Source of the DNA: Eledone cirrhosa | Lineage: Eukaryota | Reading direction: 5' to 3' | Assembly: GCA_964016885.1 (NCBI GenBank) | Contig: OZ024742.1 | Span: forward strand, 140,988,001 to 141,052,000 | Length of the DNA stretch: 64,000 bases | Shown here: piece by piece, positions 24,804 through 39,787 of the stretch | How positions within the stretch are numbered: position 1 is the first letter of the stretch | Layout of the letters: every line of letters starts with the position of its first letter | Translations under genes and position numbers: made by a program | Notes under the pieces: generated by a model | Told to the model about the DNA's origin: nothing | Seen by the model: only the letters and a program-made list of their open reading frames with translations | The model's database searches: none

Positions 24804-27800
24804 TTATTTTTTAAAAATACATAAAATCAATGACTATATATTGATATATTTGACAAGATAACGGTTTGTCGTATCACATAGAAATACACCAAAATTGTAT
24901 TCAGTTAATGTCTAGGAAAAATTAACAAATATTGTTGACTATTTATGCAAAAACAGATTCAAAATAAATTAAATTGTAGTTAATAACACAGTGTTTCTTT
25001 TTTATTTGAATATACATAAATCTAAGCATATAAATAAATAAAATGGAACTTAAGTTTTCTCATCTAACCAATTGTTCATAAAAAAGACATTTCATTTGTA
25101 GCAAATATTTGTGATAAAATATTTAAAAATTTGAAAAATAGTGGAAACAATTTTATAATAACCTTTAATAAGAAAAAAAAAATGAAATAGTGTGTTTAAC
25201 ACCTTAATGGACAATTTAATATAGAGCCTAATGGAAAATAACTGGCAGCAACATTTACTGAAGCAATCACTTTTCAAGAGGAACAACTTCCAGAAACAGG
25301 AACAACAAAACGAATTTCATCTAAGCATTCTAGAAAGAAATCAATAATATATAATCTGAATAGGATACATATTCATTCTGGATGAAACAGAAAACATCTG
25401 TGCTTGAACAATCAATGCTTAGAGGATAATATTGTGGAGGGTGGGAGTGTATCCATAGGAAATATTGGTATTTCCTGGATTACAAAATAAATAAATAAGT
25501 AAGCATGTAAAATTTAGAAAAATGCTAAAGGCACCATGTTTAACTTGAAGCGCCAGATGTTGATAATAATTATATAGTAAAGTTATGTTCTAATTGTTAC
25601 AGAGTTATTATATTTTGTTGCTGTTCATTGCTCATGCACTTGTTTGAGTGTTTTCAATATAACTTAACTAACAATATCTAGGCTCCAATTTCATACTGTT
25701 TAATTATGCTAATTTTGTTTGATAAGAAGCTGATACATGATACACTCATATCTGTTACAATTCAGTGACATTCACCCCTAATAGGTCTAAAATAAAGTTG
25801 TACCACTCATCTTTTTCTTTTTTTCTCACTATGATTCATGCTATAATGAGGAAAATGATAATAAACTCTGCTTTTGGTATCAAGTAGAAGAGAAAGCAGA
25901 TTTCAGATCCAGATCATTCTTTAATGGCTTAGTCAGAGAAGAAAGGGCAGCAGCCATATGCCATGAGTGCTGAAAACCAGGCCCAAGTGGTGGCGGTGGT
26001 GGTGGTAATCCTTTTATTATTATTATATTTCCTTTTATTATAACTTTGAAAATAACTTTTAAAAAATAGGAAGAATTTAAGAATATACTTTTTATTAAGT
26101 TGGCATTTAGAGTATAACTTAAAGGTTTTTGCATAAAATTATGATGGAAGGCTTTTAGATAAATTCAATACTTTTGTATCATAGAACCAGGGGTAGTTTT
26201 AAGCAGTTTGGTATCGAAAGAGTTAAACTAAATGATGGATTAAGTCTAGCATTACAGGTGCCATCCCACTATTAAGTCAATAAATTCCAAACCATGATTC
26301 ACATCTAGAACATGCGTGTAAATGGATTCAGCTTACATACTGGTAGCAAGAAAAGCAAGTCCATTATAAAAGGAATGCACAACAGTACCTTCATAACAGA
26401 TTATCAAACATGCTGAGGCCTTTCTTTACTCCATATTTAGCAACATCATGAAAGATACAGATGTTGGACAAGACCTGCAACAATTGGTAAAACTGCATCA
26501 GTTATTCAGAAACTTTGCTTTACTTAGTCGTCAAACACACTCAGAAGTGTTCCCCATGTTTCCCCTGGAGTATTAGTTATACACTCTCCACTGCAGTGTT
26601 TGTAGAACAATTAATCACGAAGATATGCATATATGCTACTCTATGTTCTTTAAGGCATTAAGATAAATTCTAAAGTAATTGACTGCCTTACAACACCAAG
26701 TCTACATGTATTTAAGGTAGATGCCATAATGGAATTGGTAATTAGACATGGTGATAGGTTACTGAATCATGCTGTTTGGTGGATGAATGAAAACAACTTG
26801 GTATACAAGGCAATAACAGGTCAACAATAGTGAGATATATTTAATGGTATTATCAAAGAAAGGGGATGATTAGTGAGACATATTTTATCTTCCAATAGAA
26901 ACTGTATGAATAGTAGTAGAGAAACGTCTGTAAGAATAGTAATAGAGTGGATCACAGTCATAAAAGAGACCATCAAAAGAAAACCTGACAAAGAGCTCTC
27001 GCTGATGACTAGTAAAATAAAAACAAATGACTCCTAATTTCAAACACCTTTTAAGGGTCTGTGCTTAACTATCATCATCATCACTGTTTAACATCTATTT
27101 TTCCACACTTACATGGGTTAGGCAGGTTGTCGACATTATGAAACAAGTCTGGCCAATTGACTATGCCGTATTATATTTAAATGGGACTGTGTTTTGGCTG
27201 GGTTTTTTTACAGCTGGATGTCCTTCCTTCCTAACACCAACCACGTTTACAGTGTGGAACTGGCAGATCCTGCTATGAGGAAGGTCTGGCCAGTTGGTCA
27301 TGTCATACCTCACTCATAGTGGGATCATGTTTTGGCAGGGTTTTTTCGGCTGCTGGATGCCCTTCCTAACACCAACCATGTTTAGGAAATGTGATGTTTG
27401 TCTGTCTAAGGTAAGATTGCAAAATGACCTGGTGCCTATTTCCATAAACTAGGTAGACTGAAGCATGTAAAATAACTGTACTACCTAAATAGGCATTAAG
27501 TTGATTTTTCATCCTGGCTGGTAATATGAATTAAAAAACAGCTTCTTATGAACTTCTTAACCATACAGTCATGCCTATAATAATTGTTTCTACTTTTGGC
27601 ACAAGGCCAGGAATTATCCCAGTGCATTACTGGTACTTTATTTCATCGACCCCATAAGGATGAAAGGCAAAGTTAACCTCAGCGGGATTTGAACTCAGAC
27701 CAATAAGAATTCATATTGAAATAAATGTAGTAAAATAAATTCAGTAGCAAATCAGATGTACATAATTATTTTAAGCTTTTTGATACCAAATCACCTGAAA

Positions 27801-28264
27801 GCATCTCTGGTTTTATGATATTAAGCTGCTTATTCTAAAATATTTATATTTATCTATAAAGCTTCCATCATAATTTTATGTGAGAACCTTTGTTAACTTA
27901 AATTCCAAACATCAGCTTAATAATGAGCAAGTTAGTTATATTACTAAACCCCTCCAAATTTGTTATTTTCAAATTATTTGAAAACCATAGGCAGTGTATT
28001 TCATTAGAAAGGGTTAATAGCTGTTTTTTACCATATAGTCTCATTTTTTCTCAAGATATAAATAATCTAGGTTTTATTTTTTCTCATGCAAAATTATATA
28101 GAATAACATGGTTTCTATTTCATTTGATAATTTTGTTTATGTATAAATTTATTGATTACTAAATTTTTAATCAGTCATTATTTTCCAAACAACCTAATAT
28201 TTTGTAACCAATTATGTGGTAGATGATTTGTTTACTTGCATTTAGGAGGATATCATTTTACAAG

Positions 28265-29100
28265 ATCATCATCATCATCATCACCGTTTTACGTCCGTTC
28301 TTCCACGCTAGCATGGGTTAGACGGGTTGTCCTGTTGTGGGCAGTGTCTGGTCGGCTGACCATGCCTTGCTCATACAGGAACTGATCTGGCTTGATTTCT
28401 ACAGCTGGATGCCCTTCCTAACACCAACCTCATTTACAGTGAGTGCTGGGTGCTTTTTCGTGGCGCCTACACGTCCACTTTACAGTGTGGGCTGGGTGCT
28501 TTTTTGCCGTGGCACCTCCACGACCACCTTGCGGTGGGGGGTGGGGGGGCATATTGTTTATATGCTTCAGCATGTACCCATGGGAGGTCGGGTACCCTGT
28601 ATTACTGCGTGACGCCAGAAGTCACGGTCGTGTGTCATTGACTTTGAGAGGTGTAGTTGGGTAAGGTCGGCTTTTATCACCTCATCCCAAGTCATCTTGG
28701 GTCTCCCCACTCCGCGGTTTCCATCAACTTCTAGTGCTCTGCACCTTTTTATGCAGCTGTCATCCTTCATACGCATCACATGTCCATACCAGCGTAACCG
28801 CCTCTCCTGCACGCAGCATTTGATTCCTCTTATGCTCAGTCTCTCTCTCAATTCATTTATGCTTTGTCGTTCACGTATATTACTGTTACACATCCATCGG
28901 AGCATGCAGGCTTCGTTTCTCTCTAATCTACGTAAGTCTTCCACCTTCAGCGCCCAGGTCTCACTACCATGCAACATCGCTGTTCGGATACACGCATCAT
29001 ACAGTCTGCCTTTCATTTTGAGGGAGAAGCCTTTTGCAGCTAGCAGTGGTAGTAGTTCCCTAAACTTCTTCCATCCCGTTCTTACCCTAGTTATTGTACT
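28265..29100 (-). mobile_element. RTE family B young copy
   Basis: Translated ORF differs from 17296-17745 by one residue; same 3' module and tail. Confidence 0.93.
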
Positions 29101-32100
29101 TAAGATATAAACAAGATTTCATAAAATCCCTGGAGAAAAATTTGAAACAATAAAGTTAAGATATAAAGTAACTTTCATTTTATGTTAATTTAAATTTTAG
29201 TATGAGTGGGTTGGTTTCTGCAAATATGAACAAGCTGATTTTGAAACATTTAGATGTGAGAAAAATTTTTATTTTTCATTGTTTCATTTAGAGAAAGAAG
29301 TGCAGAGCAGGACTTTTGTGACTGGGGGAGAGAGGATGGCATCCTCAAACTGGGAACCCACTCCAAAATGTTTGTAATAGAGTGGACTGTATAAAAGCAC
29401 CCAATGACCAGGTGTTAGATGTACTCTTAGTTGACTCTTGTGGCATACAGGGATATGGTGTACCTATTCTAAAAATTAGAATTATTCAAACATCAACAGG
29501 TTTGCAACAATCACCAAATATCATAATTACTTGCCTAGAATCTTTAGAGCTCCTTCAAGTTATTAATTTTGTCATTTTCTTCCCATAAAGTAAGTGTATA
29601 GTATTTAAAGTGTCAAAAAATTATCAATGATGATGATGGATCTGCCAGTGGGTTCAACAATGAGCATAAGTTGTTTAAGTAACTAAACGTCTGACTCATG
29701 AATTAACCTGTGAATGGTTGAGCATTCCATAGACACATGTACCTTTAACATAATTCTCAGAGAGATTCATCACAACACAATATGTAACATGGCTTGACCT
29801 TTGAATTACAGGTATAATTCATCTGATGGGCTTTCCACACAGTTTCCACCAACCAAATTTCACTCACAGTCAACGTGATTTCACTCACAGTCAATGCGAA
29901 GATATAGTAAAAATACATAGCCTACAATGCTATATTGTGGAACTTAACTGTTGATCTTGTGATTGTGTAGTGAACTTCATAACCACTTAGCCATGCCCTC
30001 AACTATGATTAACAATAAAGATATAGTATGGTTAAGTACCTTTTGTATTTAAACAATCCTCTTTGAAGTTTTACAATTTCATTTTTAATTTCAATTTTCA
30101 TGAAAACATTACAAAATGCAATTCTTTGTAATGAAACTTTCATAACATTTTTTGGTAAACAGAAAATATGAAAACAAAAATAACGACAGTGTAAAAATCA
30201 TTAAATTCCACTTAAAAGCAGTCTAAGCAATAGATATGATGATAATTTACTTGTATTTATATCAGATTATTATTTTTTTTTAAACTGTCTAATATTAGAA
30301 TCAAGAGAACTGAACATAATATTGATTGTTGGTCTGATTCCATTACAATACACAAACAATGTTCTACATAAAACAGAACTCTAAAAACAATATCAATGTG
30401 GTTACATTTCATTATATTCCCGCCGAAGTTAACTTTGCCTTTCATCCTTGCGGGGTCGATAAAATAAAGCACCAGTAATACACTGGGATAAATGCTGGCC
30501 TTGTGCCAAATGTAGAAACAATTATATTTTAGACATTGCTAATAACTGACAAATAACAAATAATAAATGCAGGCATGGCTGCACGGTTAAGAACATTTTG
30601 GAACCACATGAGTTTGGGTTCAGTACCACAGAGTGGCACCTTGAGCAAGTGTATTTTACTACTGAACATTGCCATATGAGTGACTTTTGGCAGATGTAAA
30701 TTGCAAAAGACGTGCATGTGTGTGGATGGATGGATATATATTAAAGAAGGTATGAAGTGAGACAAAGAAATGTATAATTGTCGGATTGAATATATATACA
30801 CGAGTGATCCAGTATGCGTTAACATGAAGATTTGGTTGTTGTTTGGTTGAAGTGAAGTTATTTTGTATAAATTGGGTTATACCTAAGAACATATTATTAG
30901 CAAGTTTTAAGTCCTCACCAAAATCTTATTCATACTCACACAATTTTGATGCTGACAAGTGAACACAAAGTGAATAGAGAAAAGTACAAGCATATATTGA
31001 GTAAAACTCAATCTGATATCTGAAATGACATTCAAATCTTCAGATGATTTGTGTTAAGAAGAATAATCATAAGTCAAATTAGCAATGTAATCAAGTGTTT
31101 GTGTTACAGAAATATAATTGTAACAAGTTGAAATAAGCAAAGTTTGTGTACTACATGATATCTGTGTAGAAATGTTATGATGTGAAGAGTTGGACAGAAT
31201 AAACTGTGTGAATTGTGATGTGTATTGAAAACCTAAAAACATGAAAGAGAGAGACAGGTTAAAGATGTATGTTACAGAAATACAATAGATAAAAAGAACA
31301 GACCAGTAATGGCTGTCTGTTTCACTGGCCAAAAGTGGCCTGATAAAGCTAGCAGTTGATAGGTTGTGATGGAACAAAAACTAAGATGTTTACCTTTTTA
31401 TAGGCTGCGGATGACCTCATGTGTTTGGTAAATGTGTAATGGAAATTACAAATACTATATACAATATGGAAATATGCTGTAGTTTCATACAATAACAAAA
31501 TTCACTAAAGCATGATTTCACTACAATATGTTTGTTGTTGAGTCTGTGCTAATGTTATTTAACTTAACAGTTCAACAAAAAGAGATTAATAAAATAAGAA
31601 CTGGAGTCAATATGATTTACTAAATTTCTTTAAGGCAGTGCTCTCACCCAATTTGAAATCAGATTTAATTCTGAAAACCACAATAGCATCTCAAGGATGA
31701 TCATATTGATATGGTACCTATATATATATATGTGAGATCTCTAAAATATACATATAAAAGAAAACATTGTTTTTTTTTAAATAGATGAGTTTATAAATAG
31801 TTCTGATGTGTTTGAAAAAAAAGTGTGTTGATTTTTATCTGAAATCTTTTCTTTAAAGGAAAAAAAAATATGATCATTTATTGTAACAGCAACACTCATT
31901 ATTTATTTATGTATTCATTTATTTATTTTGCAAATCATAAGACTAAGAAAAAGTATTTAATTAATCTTATCAATATATGTTATCAATGTGATTAAAAATA
32001 TTTTCCTGGTTGAAAATATTTTTCAAAATATTAGATTTCTATCAGCAGAAAGATATTTATTGATCAAAATATTTGTTATTATAGCTTACAATATGTGTAT

Positions 32101-32169
32101 GTGTTATCATCAACACTGTTTTACATTAATTTTCCATGCTTGCATGGGTTAGACATATATAAAAAAAAA

Positions 32170-32860
32170 AAGTAGCTCTTGAAAGTTCGTCAACCAGCTC
32201 TGATATTAGTGATGATGATGATGAAATCTTCAAGTTAGCACCGATCCGAAAAGCAATGTGAATAAAGCTGACTCAATGGCACTCTTATTGCCACAAGGGA
32301 ATAGGAGAAATTATTGGTATGACAAGCAAGTACTTCTTACATTGCAATTGCAAAGAGTCTTAGGCATGATGTTTCTAAATTCTCAATTTCACTCTCAATT
32401 GTTTATTAAGCAACTACCAGTCACTGTGAGAAGATGGCTCAGGAAATTGAGTTATCCCCTTTCTCACCTAAAAACAGTTCCTGACGAGTTCTCCAATGAG
32501 ATGGAAAATTATTGCCATTGACCCACTGATCAAGTACACTAAGTGACTTTGTTACAAAGAAAACAAATAAGATTTCCCATCTGCTCAACATCTTCCCAAA
32601 CAATTTGAAGTTTTGGACTGACAACAATATCAAATCATCTGTTGATGCTCTTAAAGTTGTTAACAACACTGCTGAGCAAGGTACATGTCTCATAAACAAG
32701 TTTAATGATTCTGTGAAGGATGAAAATCAGAAACAATTCCTCCTAAATATTATTGCAAAGTAAAGTAAAGGAAACAAGTCCCCCCAGAGGACAAATGGAA
32801 CTGTTTCCGGTTATGAATTTCATTCATAAAAAATGTTTCTCTCTTTAACCCCAATATTAT
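32170..32860 (+). mobile_element. Degenerate DNA transposase C-terminal remnant (superfamily uncertain, hAT-like)
   Basis: LSDFVTKKT.. and LKVVNNTAEQGTCLINKFNDSVKDENQKQFLLNII resemble the VVND.AERGV..I..FN motif of invertebrate transposases. Confidence 0.4.
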
Positions 32861-32967
32861 TGTGTATTTAGAATGTATTCCTTCTGCTTATTTTCATTTA
32901 ATTTGTCTGCTTATTATGACAAGAACACCCAGGGAACAAAGGGGGCCATTCCCAGTAATAAATTTCC

Positions 32968-33797
32968 TTATATTATTCTATTTATTTATGTTCATATTTA
33001 ATTATGTAGGATTAAAGAGAACTGCCCTTTTCAACAGAAATGCAATATTAAATCCATTATGGATGAGGCATAGATTACATACAGAAAATTCGGAAGTTAG
33101 TAAAAGATATGTGAGTGTTGTGTAAAATCGTTTTAAACAATGTTTTTACTTGAATATCCACTCCTTCAGGAACTCTGATATGAGAACCAGCATGGCCCTG
33201 GCAATTAAAGGAGAAAGGGGTCCCACATAAGATTACTTGGAAGGTACTTGAAAGATCCAGATCTTATACCAACGTTACCAAGAGACGTTGTCTCTGCCTC
33301 AATGAAAAATATTACAAGGTTTGTCATCTGCAAATAATAATTATTTGAACTCTAAGAGCAAAATTTTTAGAGGATCTTTACATCACAAACGCCAACTCCT
33401 TGCTAAATGGAAACAATGAATTCAACTGATTTTCAACCACCTTAATGTTGATTTCTAAATTTTCTTAATATATTTTCTTTTTCCACACTTACACAATACT
33501 TCTATACTACTCAGCTCCATAGCTTAAGATAAAGATCTATAATACCATAATACATCAGCTATATTGTGTGCATACTAACACAATTTTACATCTTTGAGTT
33601 AATTCCCTTTGTTATACTACGTTTTCTTAAGAAGTGTTTAACACACTATATTTTAAACGGTATCTCCAAACTCGTTCACGTGAATAGATCACAAATTTGA
33701 TCAATTTTACAATCTGGGGAGATGGTCAAAATAGGGCCTTGAAACTTTAGGAGCGCTTTTGTTCCATATATGAACATAAATAAATAAAATAATATAA
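32968..33797 (+). mobile_element. Penelope-like element remnant (GIY-YIG C-terminus) bracketed by a 30-bp inverted repeat
   Basis: WQLKEKGVPHKITWKVLERSRSYTNVTKRRCLCLNEKYY..LNSKS at ~33199-33360. Inverted repeat 32968-32997 / 33768-33797 with one mismatch. Confidence 0.65.
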
Positions 33798-34053
33798 TAT
33801 AAATATATGTATATATATATATAATACTACCAAACTTATAGATGTCAAATCTGAGGAAACCACAGACTTGCGCCATATCACCTATAGACAAAGTTCAAAG
33901 ATTCTAATGAATAGTGTTTCATATATTAAATGATGAAACATATTTCTGATATAATGGAATATAAATGAAGAAAAATTATGATTATTATCGCCAGGTAGAT
34001 ATATATATGAAGTTTTCATAAAATTTTAATATGATACCTCTGTAACTATGTGG

Positions 34054-34057
<4 letters not shown>

Positions 34058-34097
<40 letters not shown>

Positions 34098-34951
34098 TAT
34101 AATATATATATATATAATATATATATATATATAATATATATAATATATATATAATATATATATATATAATATATATATATATATAATATATATAATATAT
34201 ATATAATATATATATATATAATATATATATATATAATATATATAATATATATATAATATATATATATATAATATATATATATATAATATATATAATATAT
34301 ATATAATATATATATATATAATATATATATATATAATATATATAATATATATATAATATATATATATATAATATATATAATATATATATAATATATATAT
34401 ATATAATATATATATAATATATAATATATATATATATAATATATATAATATATATATAATATATATATATATATAATATATATATATATAATATATATAT
34501 ATATAATATATATAATATATATATAATATATATATAATATATATATATATAATATATATATATATATATAATATATATAATATATATATAATATATATAT
34601 ATATAATATATATATATAATATACATATATATATATAATATATATAATATACATATATATATAATATACATATATATATAATATATATAATATACATATA
34701 TATAATATATATATAATATATATATAATATATATAATATACATATATATAATATATATATAATATATATATAATATATATATATATATAATATATATATA
34801 ATATATATATATATATAATATACATATATATAATATATATATATATATATTATATATATATATTAATATATATATATAGATATATATAATATATATGTAT
34901 ATATATTATATATATTAATATATATATATAGATATATATAATATATATGTA

Positions 34952-35030
<79 letters not shown>

Positions 35031-35129
35031 TTATATATATATATATATTAATATATATATATATATATAATATATATATATTATATATATATATATATTA
35101 ATATATATATATAATATATATATATATAT

Positions 35130-35163
<34 letters not shown>

Positions 35164-35197
35164 ATATATATATTAATATATATATATAATATATATA

Positions 35198-35244
<47 letters not shown>

Positions 35245-35367
35245 TATATATATATAATATATATATATATATTATATATATATATATATATATTATAGAT
35301 ATATATATATATATTATATATATATTATATATATATATATTATATATATATTATATATATATATATT
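34058..35367. repeat. (TA)n satellite interrupted by AA/TT
   Basis: Direct inspection. Confidence 0.95.
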
Positions 35368-35507
35368 ATCATCATCATCATCATCATCATCAACGTTTAA
35401 CGTCCGTGTTCCACGCTTGCATGGGTTTGGACGGGGGTAGTCCCACTTGAGGCAAGAGTGATTGTCTTGCTCGCATAGGACTGTCTGGCAGGTTTTCTAC
35501 AGTTGGA
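35368..35507 (-). mobile_element. Short 3' fragment of RTE family C
   Basis: Reverse complement matches 6062-6199. Confidence 0.85.
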
Positions 35508-35621
35508 TATTATATATATATATATTATATATATATATATATTATATATATATATATTATATATATATATATATATTATATATATATATATTATATATAT
35601 ATATATTATATATATATATAT

Positions 35622-35653
<32 letters not shown>

Positions 35654-35746
35654 ATTATATATATATATTATATATATATATATTATATATATGTTATATA
35701 TATATTATATATATATGTTATATATATATTATATATATATATTATA

Positions 35747-35790
<44 letters not shown>

Positions 35791-35898
35791 ATATATATAT
35801 TATATATATATATATATATATTACATATATATATATTATATATATATATATATATTATATATATATATATTATATATATATAACTCCATTCTCTGCCC

Positions 35899-35943
<45 letters not shown>

Positions 35944-35945
<2 letters not shown>

Positions 35946-36979
35946 CTCCATTCTCTGCCCCAAATGCAAACAATGGGTACACAAGAGATGTAGCGGGATC
36001 TCAGGAAGCTTAATTAAGAATGTAGGATTCACATGCAGCAGCTGTGCTGAAACAGCAAGCAAACAGCCACAGGAAACAAGTACCACCAATCTCTGGGAGG
36101 GCCCTGTAGAAACAGTAGACAGCTTCTGCTACCTAGGTGACCGAATTAGCAACGGAGGTGGGTGCTCAGAAAGTACAATAACTAGGGTAAGAACGGGATG
36201 GAAGAAGTTTAGGGAACTACTACCACTGCTAGCTGCAAAAGGCTTCTCCCTCAGAATGAAAGGCAGACTGTATGATGCGTGTATCCGAACAGCGATGTTG
36301 CATGGTAGTGAGACCTGGGCGCTGAAGGTGGAAGACTTACGTAGATTAGAGAGAAACGAAGCCTGCATGCTCCGATGGATGTGTAACAGTAATATACGTG
36401 AACGACAAAGCATAAAGGAATTGAGAGAGAGACTGAGCATAAGAGGAATCAAATGCTGCGTGCAGGAGAGGCGGTTACGCTGGTATGGACATGTGATGCG
36501 TATGAAGGATGACAGCTGCATAAAAAGGTGCAGAGCACTAGAAGTTGATGGAAACCGCGGAGTGGGGAGACCCAAGATGACTTGGGATGAGGTGATAAAA
36601 GCCGACCTTACCCAACTACACCTCTCAAAGTCAATGACACACGACCGTGACTTCTGGCGTCACGCAGTAATACAGGGTACCCGACCTCCCATGGGTACAT
36701 GCTGAAGCATATAAACAATATGCCCCCCCCCCACGGAGGTGCCACGGCAAAAAAGCACCCAGCCCACACTGTAAAGTGGACGTGTAGGCGCCACGAAAAA
36801 GCACCCAGCACTCACTGTAAATGAGGTTGGTGTTAGGAAGGGCATCCAGCTGTAGAAATCAAGCCAGATCAGTTCCTGTATGAACAAGGCATGGTCAGCC
36901 GACCAGACACTGCCCACAACAGGACAACCCGTCTAACCCATGCTAGCGTGGAAGAACGGACGTAAAACGGTGATGATGA
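35944..36979 (+). mobile_element. RTE family B young 5'-truncated copy
   Basis: ORF 36256-36705 translates identically to 17296-17745; 3' module and tail present. Confidence 0.93.
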
Positions 36980-37001
36980 TATATAATATATATATATATA
37001 T

Positions 37002-37034
<33 letters not shown>

Positions 37035-37050
37035 ATATATATATATAATA

Positions 37051-37270
37051 TCGTGGAGGTGCCACGGCAAAAAAGCACCCAGCCCACACTGTAAAGTGGA
37101 CGTGTAGGCGCCACGAAAAAGCATCCAGCTGTAGAAATCAAGCCAGATCAGTTCCTGTATGAGCAAGGCATGGTCAGCCGACCAGACACTGCCCACAACA
37201 GGACAACCCGTCTAACCCATGCTAGCGTGGAAGAACGGACGTAAAACGGTGATGATGATGATGATGATGA
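37051..37270 (+). mobile_element. RTE family B 3'-module-only insertion with internal deletion
   Basis: Matches 17798-18047 except for a deletion between the gcacccagc/gcatccagc microhomologies. Confidence 0.85.
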
Positions 37271-37551
37271 TATAATATATATATATATATAATATATATA
37301 TAATATATATAGATATATATAATATATATATATATATAATATATAATATATAAATAATATATATAGATATATAATATATATAGATATATAATATATATAG
37401 ATATATAATATATATAGATATATAATATATATATATATATATATAATATATATATATATAATATATATATATATAATATATATATATATAATATATATAT
37501 ATATATAATATATATATATATAATATATATATATATAATATATATATATAT

Positions 37552-39590
37552 AATCATCATCACCATCATCACCGTTTTACGTCCGTTCTTCCACGCTAGC
37601 ATGGGTTAGACGGGTTGTCCTGTTGTGGGCAGTGTCTGGTCGGCTGACCATGCCTTGCTCATACAGGAACTGATCTGGCTTGATTTCTACAGCTGGATGC
37701 CCTTCCTAACACCAACCTCATTTACAGTGAGTGCTGGGTGCTTTTTCGTGGCGCCTACACGTCCACTTTACAGTGTGGGCTGGGTGCTTTTTTGCCGTGG
37801 CACCTCCACGACCACCTTGCGGTGGGGGGGGGGCATATTGTTTATATGCTTCAGCATGTACCCATGGGAGGTCGGGTACCCTGTATTACTGCGTGACGCC
37901 AGAAGTCACGGTCGTGTGTCATTGACTTTGAGAGGTGTAGTTGGGTAAGGTCGGCTTTTATCACCTCATCCCAAGTCATCTTGGGTCTCCCCACTCCACG
38001 GTTTCCATCAACTTCTAGTGCTCTGCACCTTTTTATGCAGCTGTCATCCTTCATACGCATCACATGTCCATACCAGCGTAACCGCCTCTCCTGCACGCAG
38101 CATTTGATTCCTCTTATGCTCAGTCTCTCTCTCAATTCCTTTATGCTTTGTCGTTCACGTATATTACTGTTACACATCCATCGGAGCATGCAGGCTTCGT
38201 TTCTCTCTAATCTACGTAAGTCTTCCACCTTCAGCGCCCAGGACTCACTACCATGCAACATCGCTGTTCGGATACACGCATCATACAGTCTGCCTTTCAT
38301 TCTGAGGGAGAAGCCTTTTGCAGCTAGCAGTGGTAGTAGTTCCCTAAACTTCTTCCATCCCGTTCTTACCCTAGTTATTGTACTTTCTGAGCACCCACCT
38401 CCGTTGCTAATTCGGTCACCTAGGTAGCAGAAGCTGTCTACTGTTTCTACAGGGCCCTCCCAGAGATTGGTGGTACTTGTTTCCTGTGGCTGTTTGCTTG
38501 CTGTTTCAGCACAGCTGCTGCATGTGAATCCTACATTCTTAATTAAGCTTCCTGAGATCCCGCTACATCTCTTGTGTACCCATTGTTTGCATTTGGGGCA
38601 GAGAATGGAGTTCCTACCTACACCTTTCCTACATACTGAGCAAGGCCATTTCCCTGGGGGGATCTGGGTTCTGTTTTCTCGTCTACTTATAAGGACCTTA
38701 GTCTTTGTCATGTTGACTTTGAGGCCCTTTCTCTCTAGTCCCTGCTTCCAGGTTTGGAATTTATTCTCTAGTTCTACCATAGATTCAGCTATGAGTGCGA
38801 GGTCATCAGCATACAGGAGTTCCCATGGGCATCCGGTCTTAAACTCCTCCGTTATTGCCTGCAGGACTATGATGAACAGGAGAGGGCTAAGAACAGAGCC
38901 CTGGTGGACCCCAACCTGTACGCTAAATTCCTCGCTATACTCATTGCCAATCCTAACTTTGCTGACTGCTCCCCTATACATGGCTTGTACCGCTTTCACA
39001 AGCCATTCATCTACTCCTAGTTTTCTAAGAGCCCACCAGATTACTGCACGTGGAACTCTGTCAAAGGCTTTCTCAAGGTCGACAAATGCCAAGTAGAGTG
39101 GCTTACTTTTAGCTAGGTACTTTTCCTGTAATTGCCTCACAAGGAAGAGGGCATCAGTGGTGCCTTTCCCTGGTACAAACCCAAATTGCATCTCGTCTAT
39201 ATTCACCCGGTCCCTAATCAGCTGTGCTATAACTCTTTCTGTTACTTTCATGACCTGGTCCATCAACTTTATACCTCTATAGTTTCCTCTATCTAGTGCA
39301 TCGCCTTTACCTTTGTAGCAGTTGACAATGATGCTACTGCACCAATCTTTTGGTATGGCCCCCTCTAGTATTACCTGGTTAACGATACGTGTGGTTATAG
39401 TGTGACCTACAGACCCAGATGCCTTCAGCATCTCGGCAGCTATACCCGATGGACCGGTTGCCTTCCCTATCTTCATATCTCTGATTGCCTTACTTACTAC
39501 GCTGCCGCTGACTTGTACTGCTGGTCCCTCTATAGGGTCTACGTGGGGTAGGGTCTCTTCTTCCCATGCATTCTCCTCATTTAGTAATCT
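37552..39590 (-). mobile_element. RTE family B, 2-kb 5'-truncated copy with uninterrupted RT ORF
   Basis: About 580 codons open from ~39590 to 37851: [49 protein letters not shown]. Confidence 0.95.
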
Positions 39591-39755
39591 ATCTATATAA
39601 TATATATATATATAATATATATATATATAATATATATATATATAATATATATATATATAATATATATATATATATAATATATATATATATAATATATATA
39701 TATATAATATATATATATAATATATATATATATATAATATATATATATAATATAT

Positions 39756-39787
<32 letters not shown>

